This document shows positions 27,365-41,573 of a stretch of DNA of 64,000 nt, one piece after another (the stretch's first letter is position 1; each line of letters opens with the position of its first letter). Source of the stretch: Halarcobacter sp. (GTDB lineage: Bacteria > Campylobacterota > Campylobacteria > Campylobacterales > Arcobacteraceae); assembly GCA_963676565.1 (NCBI GenBank), contig OY781089.1, positions 2,016,001-2,080,000 of the forward strand. Reading direction: 5' to 3'. The notes under the pieces are model-generated. The model saw only the letters and a program-made list of their open reading frames with translations, was not told where the DNA came from and made no database searches. Both the position numbers and the translations under genes were made by a program.

Positions 27365-28960
27365 ATGGTTCAAGTAGTAAACTTAAAAAAAGCATTCGGA
27401 GCAAGAGTGCTTTTTCAAGATATAAATTTAAAACTAGATGTTGGGAAAAGATATGGTCTTATTGGCGCTAATGGTGCTGGTAAATCAACTTTTTTAAAGA
27501 TTCTTTGTGGTGAAGAGGATGCAACTGAAGGTGAAGTACAAGTACAAAATGGTAAAAAAGTTGGTACATTAAGCCAAAACCAATTTGCATATGAAGAGTA
27601 TAGCTTATTTGATACTGTTCTTTTAGGAAATAAAAGATTATATGATGCAGTAAAAGAAAAAGAAGAACTTTATATGAGTCCTGAGTTTACTGATGAAGTA
27701 AACAATAGACTTGCAGAATTAGAGATAATCTCTGTTGAAGAGGATCCAACATATGAATATGATATTAAGATTACAAAGATTCTAGAGGACTTAGGTTTTC
27801 CAGCATCAATGCATCAAAATTTAATGAGTTCATTAACAGGTGGAGATAAATTTAAAGTTTTACTTGCACAGGTTTTATTCCCAAGACCTGATATTTTATT
27901 CTTAGATGAGCCTACGAATAACCTTGATATTAAAACAATTGGATGGTTAGAAAACCAATTACAACACCATAATGGTACAATGGTTGTTATCTCTCACGAT
28001 AGACACTTCTTAAATGCAGTTTGTACACATATTCTTGATGTTGACTTTAAACAAATTAGAGAGTTTACAGGTAATTATGATGATTGGTATATCGCTTCAA
28101 CAGTATTGGCAAAACAACAACAAGCTGATATGAATAAAAAACAAAAAGAGAAAGAGGAATTAGAAAAATTCATCGCAAGATTCTCTGCAAATGCTTCAAA
28201 AGCTAAACAAGCAACTTCTAGACAAAAACAACTTGATAAACTTGATTTAGGTGCAATTCAAATTTCAAGTAGAAGAGACCCTTCAATTATTTTTAGACAA
28301 AAAAGAGAAGTTGGTAAAGAATTACTTTTTGTTAATAATATCACAAAATCATATGATGGAAATTTAGTATTAAATGATATCTCTTTTTCATTGGAAAAGG
28401 GTGATAAAATTGCATTAATTGGACCAAATGGTATTGGTAAAACTACATTATGTGAAATTTTAGTTGGAAATGTTGAAGCTGATTCTGGTGATGTTCACTG
28501 GGGAGCAACTATTCAAAATGGATATTTCCCACAAAATGCAACAGATTTAATCAAAGGTGATATGACATTATATGATTGGTTAAGAGGTTTTGACAGAGAT
28601 GCAGATATTGCTGAGATTAGAAACTGTTTAGGTAGAATGTTATTTAATGGTCAAGAACAAGAAAAACAAGTAAAATCTTGTTCAGGTGGGGAAAAGCACA
28701 GAATGATGCTTTCAAAAATCATGTTAGAACAACCTAACTTTATGGTTTTAGATGAACCAACAAACCACTTAGACCTAGAAGCAATTATTGCACTTGGTGA
28801 AGGATTATTAGAATATCCTGGTTCTGTTATTTGTGTATCGCACGATAGGGAATTACTAGATGCTTTTGCAAATAGAATTATTGAAATTCAAGAAGATGGG
28901 TCAATTATTGATTTTAAAGGTTCTTACGAAGAGTTTATAGAAAGTAAAGAAGAGGCATAA
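27365..28960 (+). CDS. ABC-F family ribosome-associated ATPase (YbiT-like)
   Basis: Two ABC cassettes (GANGAGKS, GPNGIGKT; DEPTNNLD, DEPTNHLD; SHDR); KAKQATSR linker; no TM. Confidence 0.93.
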   Translation: MVQVVNLKKAFGARVLFQDINLKLDVGKRYGLIGANGAGKSTFLKILCGEEDATEGEVQVQNGKKVGTLSQNQFAYEEYSLFDTVLLGNKRLYDAVKEKEELYMSPEFTDEVNNRLAELEIISVEEDPTYEYDIKITKILEDLGFPASMHQNLMSSLTGGDKFKVLLAQVLFPRPDILFLDEPTNNLDIKTIGWLENQLQHHNGTMVVISHDRHFLNAVCTHILDVDFKQIREFTGNYDDWYIASTVLAKQQQADMNKKQKEKEELEKFIARFSANASKAKQATSRQKQLDKLDLGAIQISSRRDPSIIFRQKREVGKELLFVNNITKSYDGNLVLNDISFSLEKGDKIALIGPNGIGKTTLCEILVGNVEADSGDVHWGATIQNGYFPQNATDLIKGDMTLYDWLRGFDRDADIAEIRNCLGRMLFNGQEQEKQVKSCSGGEKHRMMLSKIMLEQPNFMVLDEPTNHLDLEAIIALGEGLLEYPGSVICVSHDRELLDAFANRIIEIQEDGSIIDFKGSYEEFIESKEEA

Positions 28961-28969
28961 GCCTTTTCT

Positions 28970-29449
28970 TTAATGAATATGTATCGCATGCCTAGAAGAC
29001 ATTCTTTGTTCTCTTCTTTTTATGGCATCTTGATATCTTCTTTTTTCATCTTCTGTTTGAGGTTCTAATTTAGGAACTGATACTGCTTCACCTTCTTCAT
29101 CCACTGCAACCATTGTAAAGTAGCAGACATTTGTATTTTTGATAGTATGGTCTTTGATATCTTCTGAAATTACTTTAATACCAATCTCCATTGAGGTTCT
29201 TCCAGTATAATTTACCGATGCATGAAAAGTTACAAGTGAGCCAATTTTTATAGGGTCTTTAAATAGCACCATATCAACAGATAATGTTACTGCATAAGTT
29301 TCAGTATATCTAGCAGCACATGCATATGCCACTTGGTCCAACATTTTAAGAATCTCACCACCATGTACATTTTTACCAGTAAAATTTGCTTTTTCTGGTG
29401 TCATTAACATAGTCATTGTTAATGATTTTTCTCTTTTCTTTCCATTCAT
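28970..29449 (-). CDS. Acyl-CoA thioesterase (hotdog fold)
   Basis: NVHGGEILKMLDQVA, VTLSVD, TGRTSMEIG, YFTMVAVD. Confidence 0.92.
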   Translation of the reverse strand: MNGKKREKSLTMTMLMTPEKANFTGKNVHGGEILKMLDQVAYACAARYTETYAVTLSVDMVLFKDPIKIGSLVTFHASVNYTGRTSMEIGIKVISEDIKDHTIKNTNVCYFTMVAVDEEGEAVSVPKLEPQTEDEKRRYQDAIKRREQRMSSRHAIHIH

Positions 29450-29671
29450 TTTTTTACCTTTTTAGATAATTAGTTTATTATAAAATAATTGGATATAAAA
29501 AAAGATGATTTTTTAGTAATTATTTTATAATTTTTCAAAACTATATAAAAAGGTAACATCATAACTTATTGTATAATTGCATCTTATAATTTTAAATTTT
29601 GAAAAATTGATACTTTAATGATACACTTCTTTGTTATTATAAAATTATAAATGATTAATTAAGGATTTATT

Positions 29672-32152
29672 ATGAAGTCAAAAAGCCTACAGAAAATATT
29701 ATCAGTTCATTTTTTTAGATATTCATTAATACCAATTTTTGTTGTAGAAGTTACATTATTAATTATGTACTTTTCTATAAATGCTTATATCTCATCTAAA
29801 AATACTGATCTTTTATTAAATGAAGCACAATCTCATACTCAAGAGGTTTTAAAAAGTGAATCTATTATTATAAGTGATAAATTGGAAGAGGTTAGTAGAT
29901 TAGCTAAAATCTTACAATTTGAACATCAAGAATTATTTAAAAAACCATATAATTTTACACTTCCAAATGAGTTGCCAAGTTTTGATGTAGCCCAAAATGG
30001 AGTTTTTTACAAAACAAATAAAGTAGGTTCATCTTTATATTATTCTTCAAAAACTAACATTACACAAGAACAAAAAGATAAAGCAACCTTTACAGAATCT
30101 ATGGACACTAACTTTAAAAGTATAGTTGATACAAACCCTAATATTGTTGCAGCATATTTTAACTCATGGGATGATATGAATAGACTTTATCCTTTTATAG
30201 ATGACGTGTATACGCAATACGGTCCCCATATTCATATGGAAGATTATAATTTTTATTTTTTAGCAGACAAAAAACATAATCCAAAAAAACAACCTGTTTG
30301 GACTGGAGCATATTTAGATCCTGCAGGAAATGGTTGGATGTTATCTTGTATCGTACCTATTTATAATGGTGATTTTTTAGAAGGTGTTACAGGTATTGAT
30401 ATAACAATTGATAGTTTTGTAAAGAATATTTTAAATAGAAAACTACCTTATAATGCAAACATTTTTATGGTTGATAAAGAGGGTATGATTATTGCGATGA
30501 ATGAAAAAATAGAGAATCTATTGGGATTAAAAGAGTTAAAAGAACATCTATATACCGATGCGATATTAAAAACAATAGAAAAACCAGAAGAGTTTAGTAT
30601 CTTAAAAAATAAAAGCCCATTTGCTTCTCATTTTAAAAAATTAATTGAAAATGATAGCGAAATCTCTTCTTTAAGAATTAAAGATAGTGAATATTTAACA
30701 CTACAACAAAATGTTGATGAAACTGAGTGGAAACTAATGATTTTAGTAGATAAAAATGAAATCTTTAAATCAATTAATGAATTAAAAAATCTATCTGATA
30801 AAATAGGTTATTATGCAATTGGCTTATTACTTTTATTTTATGTTATATTCTTCTATTTACTATTAAGAAGAATAAATATTTTTTCAAAAACTATTACAGA
30901 ACCAGTTGCAAAACTTTCTGAACAAACTTCTATGATTAAAGATGCAAGTAAAACAAAGGTTGAACTTGTAGAGACTGATGTCTTAGAGATGCAACAGTTA
31001 AATGAAAACTTTTCAAACATGATAAATGAGTTAAGTATTAAAACAAAAGAGTTATACAAGGCTGTTAATATTGCAGAAGAACTATCTAAGGCAAAAGATG
31101 AGTTTTTAGCTAATATGAGTCATGAATTAAAAACACCATTAAATTCTATTAATTTAATCAGTTCTATTATGCTTAAAAATAAAAAAGGGAATTTGGAAGG
31201 TAAAGATTTAGATAGTTTAAAGGTTATTAATAACTCTGGGAATGACTTACTCTTTTTGATAAATGATGTTCTAGATATTTCAAAACTTGAAGCTGGTGAG
31301 ATAAAATTAAAATTTGTAGATATAAAATTATGTGAATTTATTAGTGAGATTTATAATGGATTTAAAGCTCAAATGCAAGAGAAGAATTTAGATTTTACTG
31401 TTAATTGTGATAACTCAATTGGGTATATATATTCAGATGAAGATAGAATAAAACAAATAGTAAAAAATCTACTTAGTAATGCCCTTAAATTTACTGATAG
31501 TGGTCAAATTGGTATTAATGTAACATTAGATAATGATATATTAACTATTGAAGTGAAAGATACTGGTATTGGTATATCAAAAGATAAGTTAGAGTTTATC
31601 TTTGATAGATTTAAACAAGTTGATGCAAGTACAACAAGAAAATATGGGGGAACTGGTTTAGGGCTTTCAATCTCAAAACAACTTGCAAATCTACTTGGTG
31701 GAGATATTAGTGTTGTAAGTAATGAGGGTATTGGTTCAGTATTTAAAGTTACAATCCAAGCTAATAAAAATAAAATAAATGAAGAGTTGTTAGAACAAAA
31801 TAGAGATTTACATATAAGAAGAAAAGAGAAAGTAATTGTTTTTAATAATGATCCAGTAAATTTTATAACCTTAGTTGTTAAACTTAAAAAAGATTATGAA
31901 ATTGAAATCTTAAACACTTACAATGAGTTTTTATATAAAATAGAAAATGAAAAATATAAATATATTATTGTAGATGCTTCAGATTTAAAACATTTTGAAC
32001 TTTTAAAATTAAAAGATTTTAAAAATAAAACTTTAGTTGTATATACTGAAGGACAGAGTAATCAATCACAAATTCAAGATGAGTTTAATTTTACTTATAA
32101 AAAACCAGATGAATTAACTTTAATCTCTGATTTTATTAAAGGGGAAAGATAA
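29672..32152 (+). CDS. dCache-sensor histidine kinase with atypical C-terminal receiver
   Basis: dCache (WTGAYLDPAG); [34 protein letters not shown]...KKP. Confidence 0.92.
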   Translation: MKSKSLQKILSVHFFRYSLIPIFVVEVTLLIMYFSINAYISSKNTDLLLNEAQSHTQEVLKSESIIISDKLEEVSRLAKILQFEHQELFKKPYNFTLPNELPSFDVAQNGVFYKTNKVGSSLYYSSKTNITQEQKDKATFTESMDTNFKSIVDTNPNIVAAYFNSWDDMNRLYPFIDDVYTQYGPHIHMEDYNFYFLADKKHNPKKQPVWTGAYLDPAGNGWMLSCIVPIYNGDFLEGVTGIDITIDSFVKNILNRKLPYNANIFMVDKEGMIIAMNEKIENLLGLKELKEHLYTDAILKTIEKPEEFSILKNKSPFASHFKKLIENDSEISSLRIKDSEYLTLQQNVDETEWKLMILVDKNEIFKSINELKNLSDKIGYYAIGLLLLFYVIFFYLLLRRINIFSKTITEPVAKLSEQTSMIKDASKTKVELVETDVLEMQQLNENFSNMINELSIKTKELYKAVNIAEELSKAKDEFLANMSHELKTPLNSINLISSIMLKNKKGNLEGKDLDSLKVINNSGNDLLFLINDVLDISKLEAGEIKLKFVDIKLCEFISEIYNGFKAQMQEKNLDFTVNCDNSIGYIYSDEDRIKQIVKNLLSNALKFTDSGQIGINVTLDNDILTIEVKDTGIGISKDKLEFIFDRFKQVDASTTRKYGGTGLGLSISKQLANLLGGDISVVSNEGIGSVFKVTIQANKNKINEELLEQNRDLHIRRKEKVIVFNNDPVNFITLVVKLKKDYEIEILNTYNEFLYKIENEKYKYIIVDASDLKHFELLKLKDFKNKTLVVYTEGQSNQSQIQDEFNFTYKKPDELTLISDFIKGER

Positions 32153-32733
32153 TGGAAAAATTCAATATTTTAATTGTTGATGATATAGAAGCAAATCTAT
32201 TTTCTTTGAATTTACTTTTAGAAAATAGTTTTGATAATGTAAATGTGATAAATGCAACAAGTGTAAAAGATGCAATTAAACAGATAATGAAGCATAATGT
32301 AGATTTAGTTTTAACTGATATACAAATGCCAGAAGCTAGTGGATATGATTTGGCTGAATATTTACTAAGTATTGAAGAAACAAAAGATATCCCTATTATT
32401 ATGATTTCAGGGATTTATGAAGATGATATTTATAAAAAGAAAGCTTTTAATAGTTCTAAAAATGTAGTTGATTTTATAACAAAGCCCATTGATGATGAGT
32501 TATTAGTTCAAAAATTAAAAGCATTTATAAATATAATAAGTTCTATGAAGGAAAATAAAATCAAGTTAGAGGAAAAAGAATTAGAATTAAAAAGAGATAG
32601 AAAAATCACTAATATGCTTGATACAATTGAAGAACACTTTGACAATAAAATAGAAATAAATGAAGATGAAGTTTATGAATATCTAATTAAAGAGGATGAT
32701 TTAATTAATCTTGACGATATTATTAAGAAATAA
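32152..32733 (+). CDS. Response regulator receiver protein with acidic helical tail, no DNA-binding domain
   Basis: ILIVDD, LTDIQMP, IMISG, FITKP. Confidence 0.9.
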   Translation: MEKFNILIVDDIEANLFSLNLLLENSFDNVNVINATSVKDAIKQIMKHNVDLVLTDIQMPEASGYDLAEYLLSIEETKDIPIIMISGIYEDDIYKKKAFNSSKNVVDFITKPIDDELLVQKLKAFINIISSMKENKIKLEEKELELKRDRKITNMLDTIEEHFDNKIEINEDEVYEYLIKEDDLINLDDIIKK

Positions 32734-34528
32734 GATCTCTTATTTCTTCTTCTTTAAAGGGTTTTTCAAAATAAAAATCAAAATTTGTTGAGATAATATT
32801 TTTTGAAGTTGAATTTTTATCTATAATTGCAATTATCTTTTTTTCATACTCTTTTAGTTTTAATATCTCTACTGTACCTAAATTACTAAAGTCAACTATA
32901 ATATAATCGAAGTCATTTTTACTTATATTTTCAAATAATTCTTTTGATGTTGATACTGAATTAACAATATAATCGTTTTTTAATTTGATAGTTAAATTAA
33001 TAAAGTTCAACGGGTCATGGTTAAGAATTAAAATTTTTTTATCTTTTATTTTATTCTTGTTTTTTGTTTTTTCAATTAATTTATGGTCTAATTTATCTTC
33101 ATTTATTAAAATTGAAAATTTAAAAGTAGAGCCAATATCTTTGGCACTTTCAACACTAATATCTCCACCAAGCAGATTTGTAAGTTGTTTTGAAATTGCT
33201 AAGCCAAGACCTGTTCCTCCAAACTTTCTAGTTGTACTTCCATCTGCTTGTTTAAATCTATCAAAAACTCTTTCAAGCTTTTCTTGCGCAATTCCAATCC
33301 CTGTATCTTCTACACTTACATCTAAAAACTTATCGTTTTTCTCAACAGAAATTTTTATAAAACCTTCATGGGTAAATTTAAATGCATTGCTAAGGAGATT
33401 TTTTACAATTTGTTTTAACCTTAATTCATCAGTATGTATAAATCCAATATCTTTATCACATATTAATTCAAAGTCAAAAGATTTAAGCTTGGCTTGCATT
33501 TTAAAGCCATCATAGATTTCTGTAAAAAAGTTAAAAACATCAATATCATCATTATTTATACTTATTTCTCCAGCCTCAAGTTTTGAAATATCCAAAACAT
33601 CATTTATAAGCTCTAATAAGTCTTTACCTGCCTTATTTATTATATTGATATTTTGTATATCTTTTTCCTTTAAGTTTCCACTTTTATTTTTTGACATAAC
33701 TGAACTTATTACATTTATAGAGTTTAATGGTGTTTTTAATTCATGACTCATATTTGCTAGAAAATCATCTTTTTCTTTATTTGCTAATTCTAACTCTTTT
33801 TTTTGTGATTCAAGTTTATTAGTTAAATCTTTAAGTTTTTTTGTCCTATTTAAAAGGTTTTCTTGCATGTAAACAAAAGATTTGGATAAAGAACCAATCT
33901 CATCATGGGTATTTGTATATGGTATTTTAGGGTATTTATTTTTACCAATATCTATTGCTATATCAGATAATCTAGTTAACTTTCTTGTTAGTTTTGAACC
34001 AATAAGAAAAGATAGAATTGTTGAAATTAATATTTCAATAAATATGATTATTAAAGTTTTTTCTTTATTGTTTTGTATAAATTGATTATTTTCTGAAAGG
34101 TCAAAAACTAAATACATAGAACCTAAAGTTGTATCTTCCTCTTTTAATTCAATATATTTAACTTTATAAACTTTATCTTCAAAATTTAAGGTTTTGTCTT
34201 CTTTTATTTTTATTAGCTCTTCACTGTTCATATTTTCAAATTTGTATGAGCTTGATACTATTTTCTTTTGGTTGTTTAATAACATAATTGAGTTTAGTAT
34301 TGTGTCATCTTGGGCTTTTTCAATTATATTATCTAAGGTTGCTAAATCATATATACTTAATGGTACTTTTACTAAATCCATTAGGAATCTTGTTTTTGAG
34401 TTTATATTGTCATTTATTAGTTTATTTGATGAATCAACAATTGCTATAAAGTTTATTGAAACAATTAAGGTGATAAAAAAGATCTCAAGTAAAACAAATG
34501 AGATTATAAATCTATATTTAAATGACAT
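32723..34528 (-). CDS. HAMP histidine kinase with atypical C-terminal receiver
   Basis: 2 TM, HAMP (HDEIG), [29 protein letters not shown]...EKP. Confidence 0.92.
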   Translation of the reverse strand: MSFKYRFIISFVLLEIFFITLIVSINFIAIVDSSNKLINDNINSKTRFLMDLVKVPLSIYDLATLDNIIEKAQDDTILNSIMLLNNQKKIVSSSYKFENMNSEELIKIKEDKTLNFEDKVYKVKYIELKEEDTTLGSMYLVFDLSENNQFIQNNKEKTLIIIFIEILISTILSFLIGSKLTRKLTRLSDIAIDIGKNKYPKIPYTNTHDEIGSLSKSFVYMQENLLNRTKKLKDLTNKLESQKKELELANKEKDDFLANMSHELKTPLNSINVISSVMSKNKSGNLKEKDIQNINIINKAGKDLLELINDVLDISKLEAGEISINNDDIDVFNFFTEIYDGFKMQAKLKSFDFELICDKDIGFIHTDELRLKQIVKNLLSNAFKFTHEGFIKISVEKNDKFLDVSVEDTGIGIAQEKLERVFDRFKQADGSTTRKFGGTGLGLAISKQLTNLLGGDISVESAKDIGSTFKFSILINEDKLDHKLIEKTKNKNKIKDKKILILNHDPLNFINLTIKLKNDYIVNSVSTSKELFENISKNDFDYIIVDFSNLGTVEILKLKEYEKKIIAIIDKNSTSKNIISTNFDFYFEKPFKEEEIRDLIS

Positions 34529-34538
34529 TCAATCTCTT

Positions 34539-35321
34539 TTATAGTGATTTAACAGATTTTATAATTTCATATTCATCTGAGTTTGTTTTTATGAATTTTT
34601 TGATACTTAAGGTTTTTGTTAAATCCTTAGGCATCGATAAAAATGCATCTTCTATTTTTTTAACAATATCTTTATTTAATCTTGGATGAAAGGCAATGGG
34701 ATGACTTGGATACTCATTTGTTTTATAGATAATATTTAGCTTATCTTTATCATTTTTATCTATAAAGTTATTAAAGGTTCTAATAATTCCTCCACCTATA
34801 TATCCAATATCCCTAGAGATTCCTTTATAAACAGAATCATGAGAATTTACATACAAAACTTTTGCTTCCTTATCAATATCAAAATTAAATTGATTTTTTA
34901 ATTCAAACTTTGTTAGAAGTGTTGCTGCAAAGGCATTTGGAGCAGGGAATAAAAAAGTTTTTCCTTTTAGATTTTCTTTTGTAAAAGGTATACTTTTTTC
35001 TTTTGCTAATAAAATACCAACAATACTCTTATTTGCTCTAGTTATAGCTTCATAGTTTTGTTTATGATTTGCAACTACAAAATGATAGGGATTCATATAA
35101 GCTATATCATATGCTCCACTATATAGTTTTTTTTCAAAGGTAGGGATTGATTTTTCAGTTTTAAATATTATTTCATAACCAGTTTTCTCTTTTAAATAAC
35201 TTGTTACTTTTGACCATTTTTTAGCTAATTTTAAAGGACTTTGTTGAGGAACCACGCCTAATGTTATTGTTTGTGCAAACATCAAAGTAGACGCGATTAA
35301 AATTAAAAATAACTTTTTCAT
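34539..35321 (-). CDS. PhnD-like phosphate/phosphonate-family periplasmic binding protein
   Basis: Signal peptide; GVVPQQSP, DIAYMNPYH, FPAPNAFAA, SHDSV, YPSHP. Confidence 0.85.
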   Translation of the reverse strand: MKKLFLILIASTLMFAQTITLGVVPQQSPLKLAKKWSKVTSYLKEKTGYEIIFKTEKSIPTFEKKLYSGAYDIAYMNPYHFVVANHKQNYEAITRANKSIVGILLAKEKSIPFTKENLKGKTFLFPAPNAFAATLLTKFELKNQFNFDIDKEAKVLYVNSHDSVYKGISRDIGYIGGGIIRTFNNFIDKNDKDKLNIIYKTNEYPSHPIAFHPRLNKDIVKKIEDAFLSMPKDLTKTLSIKKFIKTNSDEYEIIKSVKSL

Positions 35322-35394
35322 AATTTATCTTCTCCCAATATTATATTTAACTATAATTTAGCTAAAAATCGTATCATAATAATATTATTTTGAA

Positions 35395-37353
<1,959 letters not shown>

Positions 37354-37443
37354 TTATATATTTTCTTCAATTGATTTAATTATTTTCTTTTATGAAAACT
37401 AAATTATACAAAAACTAAGATATAATTAACTTTTGGAGGGAAA

Positions 37444-37791
37444 ATGACTTACGAAGAGATATTTATACTTGGTTGGAATTTGAATTTATTTATGTTTTTT
37501 TTAAATTTTTCAATTGCAATTGGAACTATGAGTAAAAGAAGTAAAGACCAACTTTACAAAGAAAATCAAATACTTAGTAACTTAAAAGAGGAGTTTGATA
37601 AATACTATCCTTATAGAAAATATGAAACATTTGTTACCTATCTTATTCCCTTTACTGCTTTTTTTAGAATGTCTTATAGACTTTTAGAGATGAGAGCTTT
37701 TTTTAATAGAAATAAAGGATGTACAATATTTGATTATATGGTTTATAAATATCAATCAGATATAACATTGGCAAAAAATAAATTAAGATAA
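37444..37791 (+). CDS. Hypothetical membrane-associated protein
   Basis: SD GGAGG; hydrophobic N-terminus; first gene of a tight 3-gene run. Confidence 0.75.
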   Translation: MTYEEIFILGWNLNLFMFFLNFSIAIGTMSKRSKDQLYKENQILSNLKEEFDKYYPYRKYETFVTYLIPFTAFFRMSYRLLEMRAFFNRNKGCTIFDYMVYKYQSDITLAKNKLR

Positions 37792-37793
37792 TA

Positions 37794-38548
37794 ATGTCAT
37801 CTATTTTTATAAAGAGTAATCCCTTTGATAATGATTCTTTAATTAAAGAGGTTAAAGGGCTTAATCTAATAAAAGAAAATTTATTAAAATCTAACAACAA
37901 TTATCTAAAAACCCCTGAGATTATTAGTGTAAACAAAAATGAAATTCAAATGAAGAATATTGAAACTTCATTTGAAAATAAAAATTTAATTGAAAATCTG
38001 GCTCTTGGATTAGCAAAATTACATGAACAAAAAAATAGATTTTATGGTTTAGAATATGACAATTATATTGGTTTAAATCCTCAAAAAAATATTATTAGTA
38101 ATAATTGGGGTGAATTTTTTACTGAATTTAGATTAGCCTATCAAATAAGTTTAATAAAAGATAAACAAATAAAACAGGATTTTGAAAATTTTTTAGATGA
38201 AAACTTAAAAAAAATAGAAAAGTTTTTAAATGAAACTACAAGCCATGCATCACTAGTGCATGGAGATTTATGGTCAGGTAATGTTCTTTTTTCTAAAGAT
38301 GATGTTTATTTAATTGACCCAGCTGTTTATTATGCCGATAGAGAAGTGGATATTGCTATGACAGAGCTTTTTGGTGGGTTTAATAACACTTTTTATGAAA
38401 TTTATAATACTTATTTACCCTTAAGTAAGAGTTATAATATAAAAAAAATCATTTATAATTTATATCACTATTTAAATCATTATAATCTATTTGGAAATTC
38501 ATATTTAAATAGTTGTGTATCTAGTCTAAAATTTATAAATGAAAAAAT

Positions 38549-38552
<4 letters not shown>
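37794..38552 (+). CDS. Fructosamine kinase family protein
   Basis: DNYIG..PQ.N, WGEFF, LVHGDLWSGN, IDPAVYY.DREVDIAMTELFGGF, LNHYNLFG. Confidence 0.92.
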
Positions 38553-41317
<2,765 letters not shown>

Positions 41318-41318
41318 A

Positions 41319-41406
41319 ATCTCTTCCTTACGCTAGTATTAACTAGTTCAAGTTCAATGGGACAAGCAAGAATGCAATCTCAGCCATAAAGGCGCCCCAA
41401 GAGTTG
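41319..41406 (-). ncRNA. TPP (THI-box) riboswitch
   Basis: Minus strand CTCTTGGGGCGCC...GGCTGAGA...CCCATTGAACTTGAACTAGTTAATACTAGCGTAAGGAAGAG matches the TPP consensus; upstream of thiC. Confidence 0.93.
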
Positions 41407-41573
41407 ATGAAAAATTATAATTCAATGAGTCTAAAGTCTCACTTAAGCTTAAAGAATCAGGTTTCAATTATTTTACTCTTTAAAAGATAAGTAATTTTTT
41501 TATCTTTCTAGTAACCCCAATGTAACTATACTTTACTATTATTATCCATAAAAAATAATCTTAGGAAAAACAT

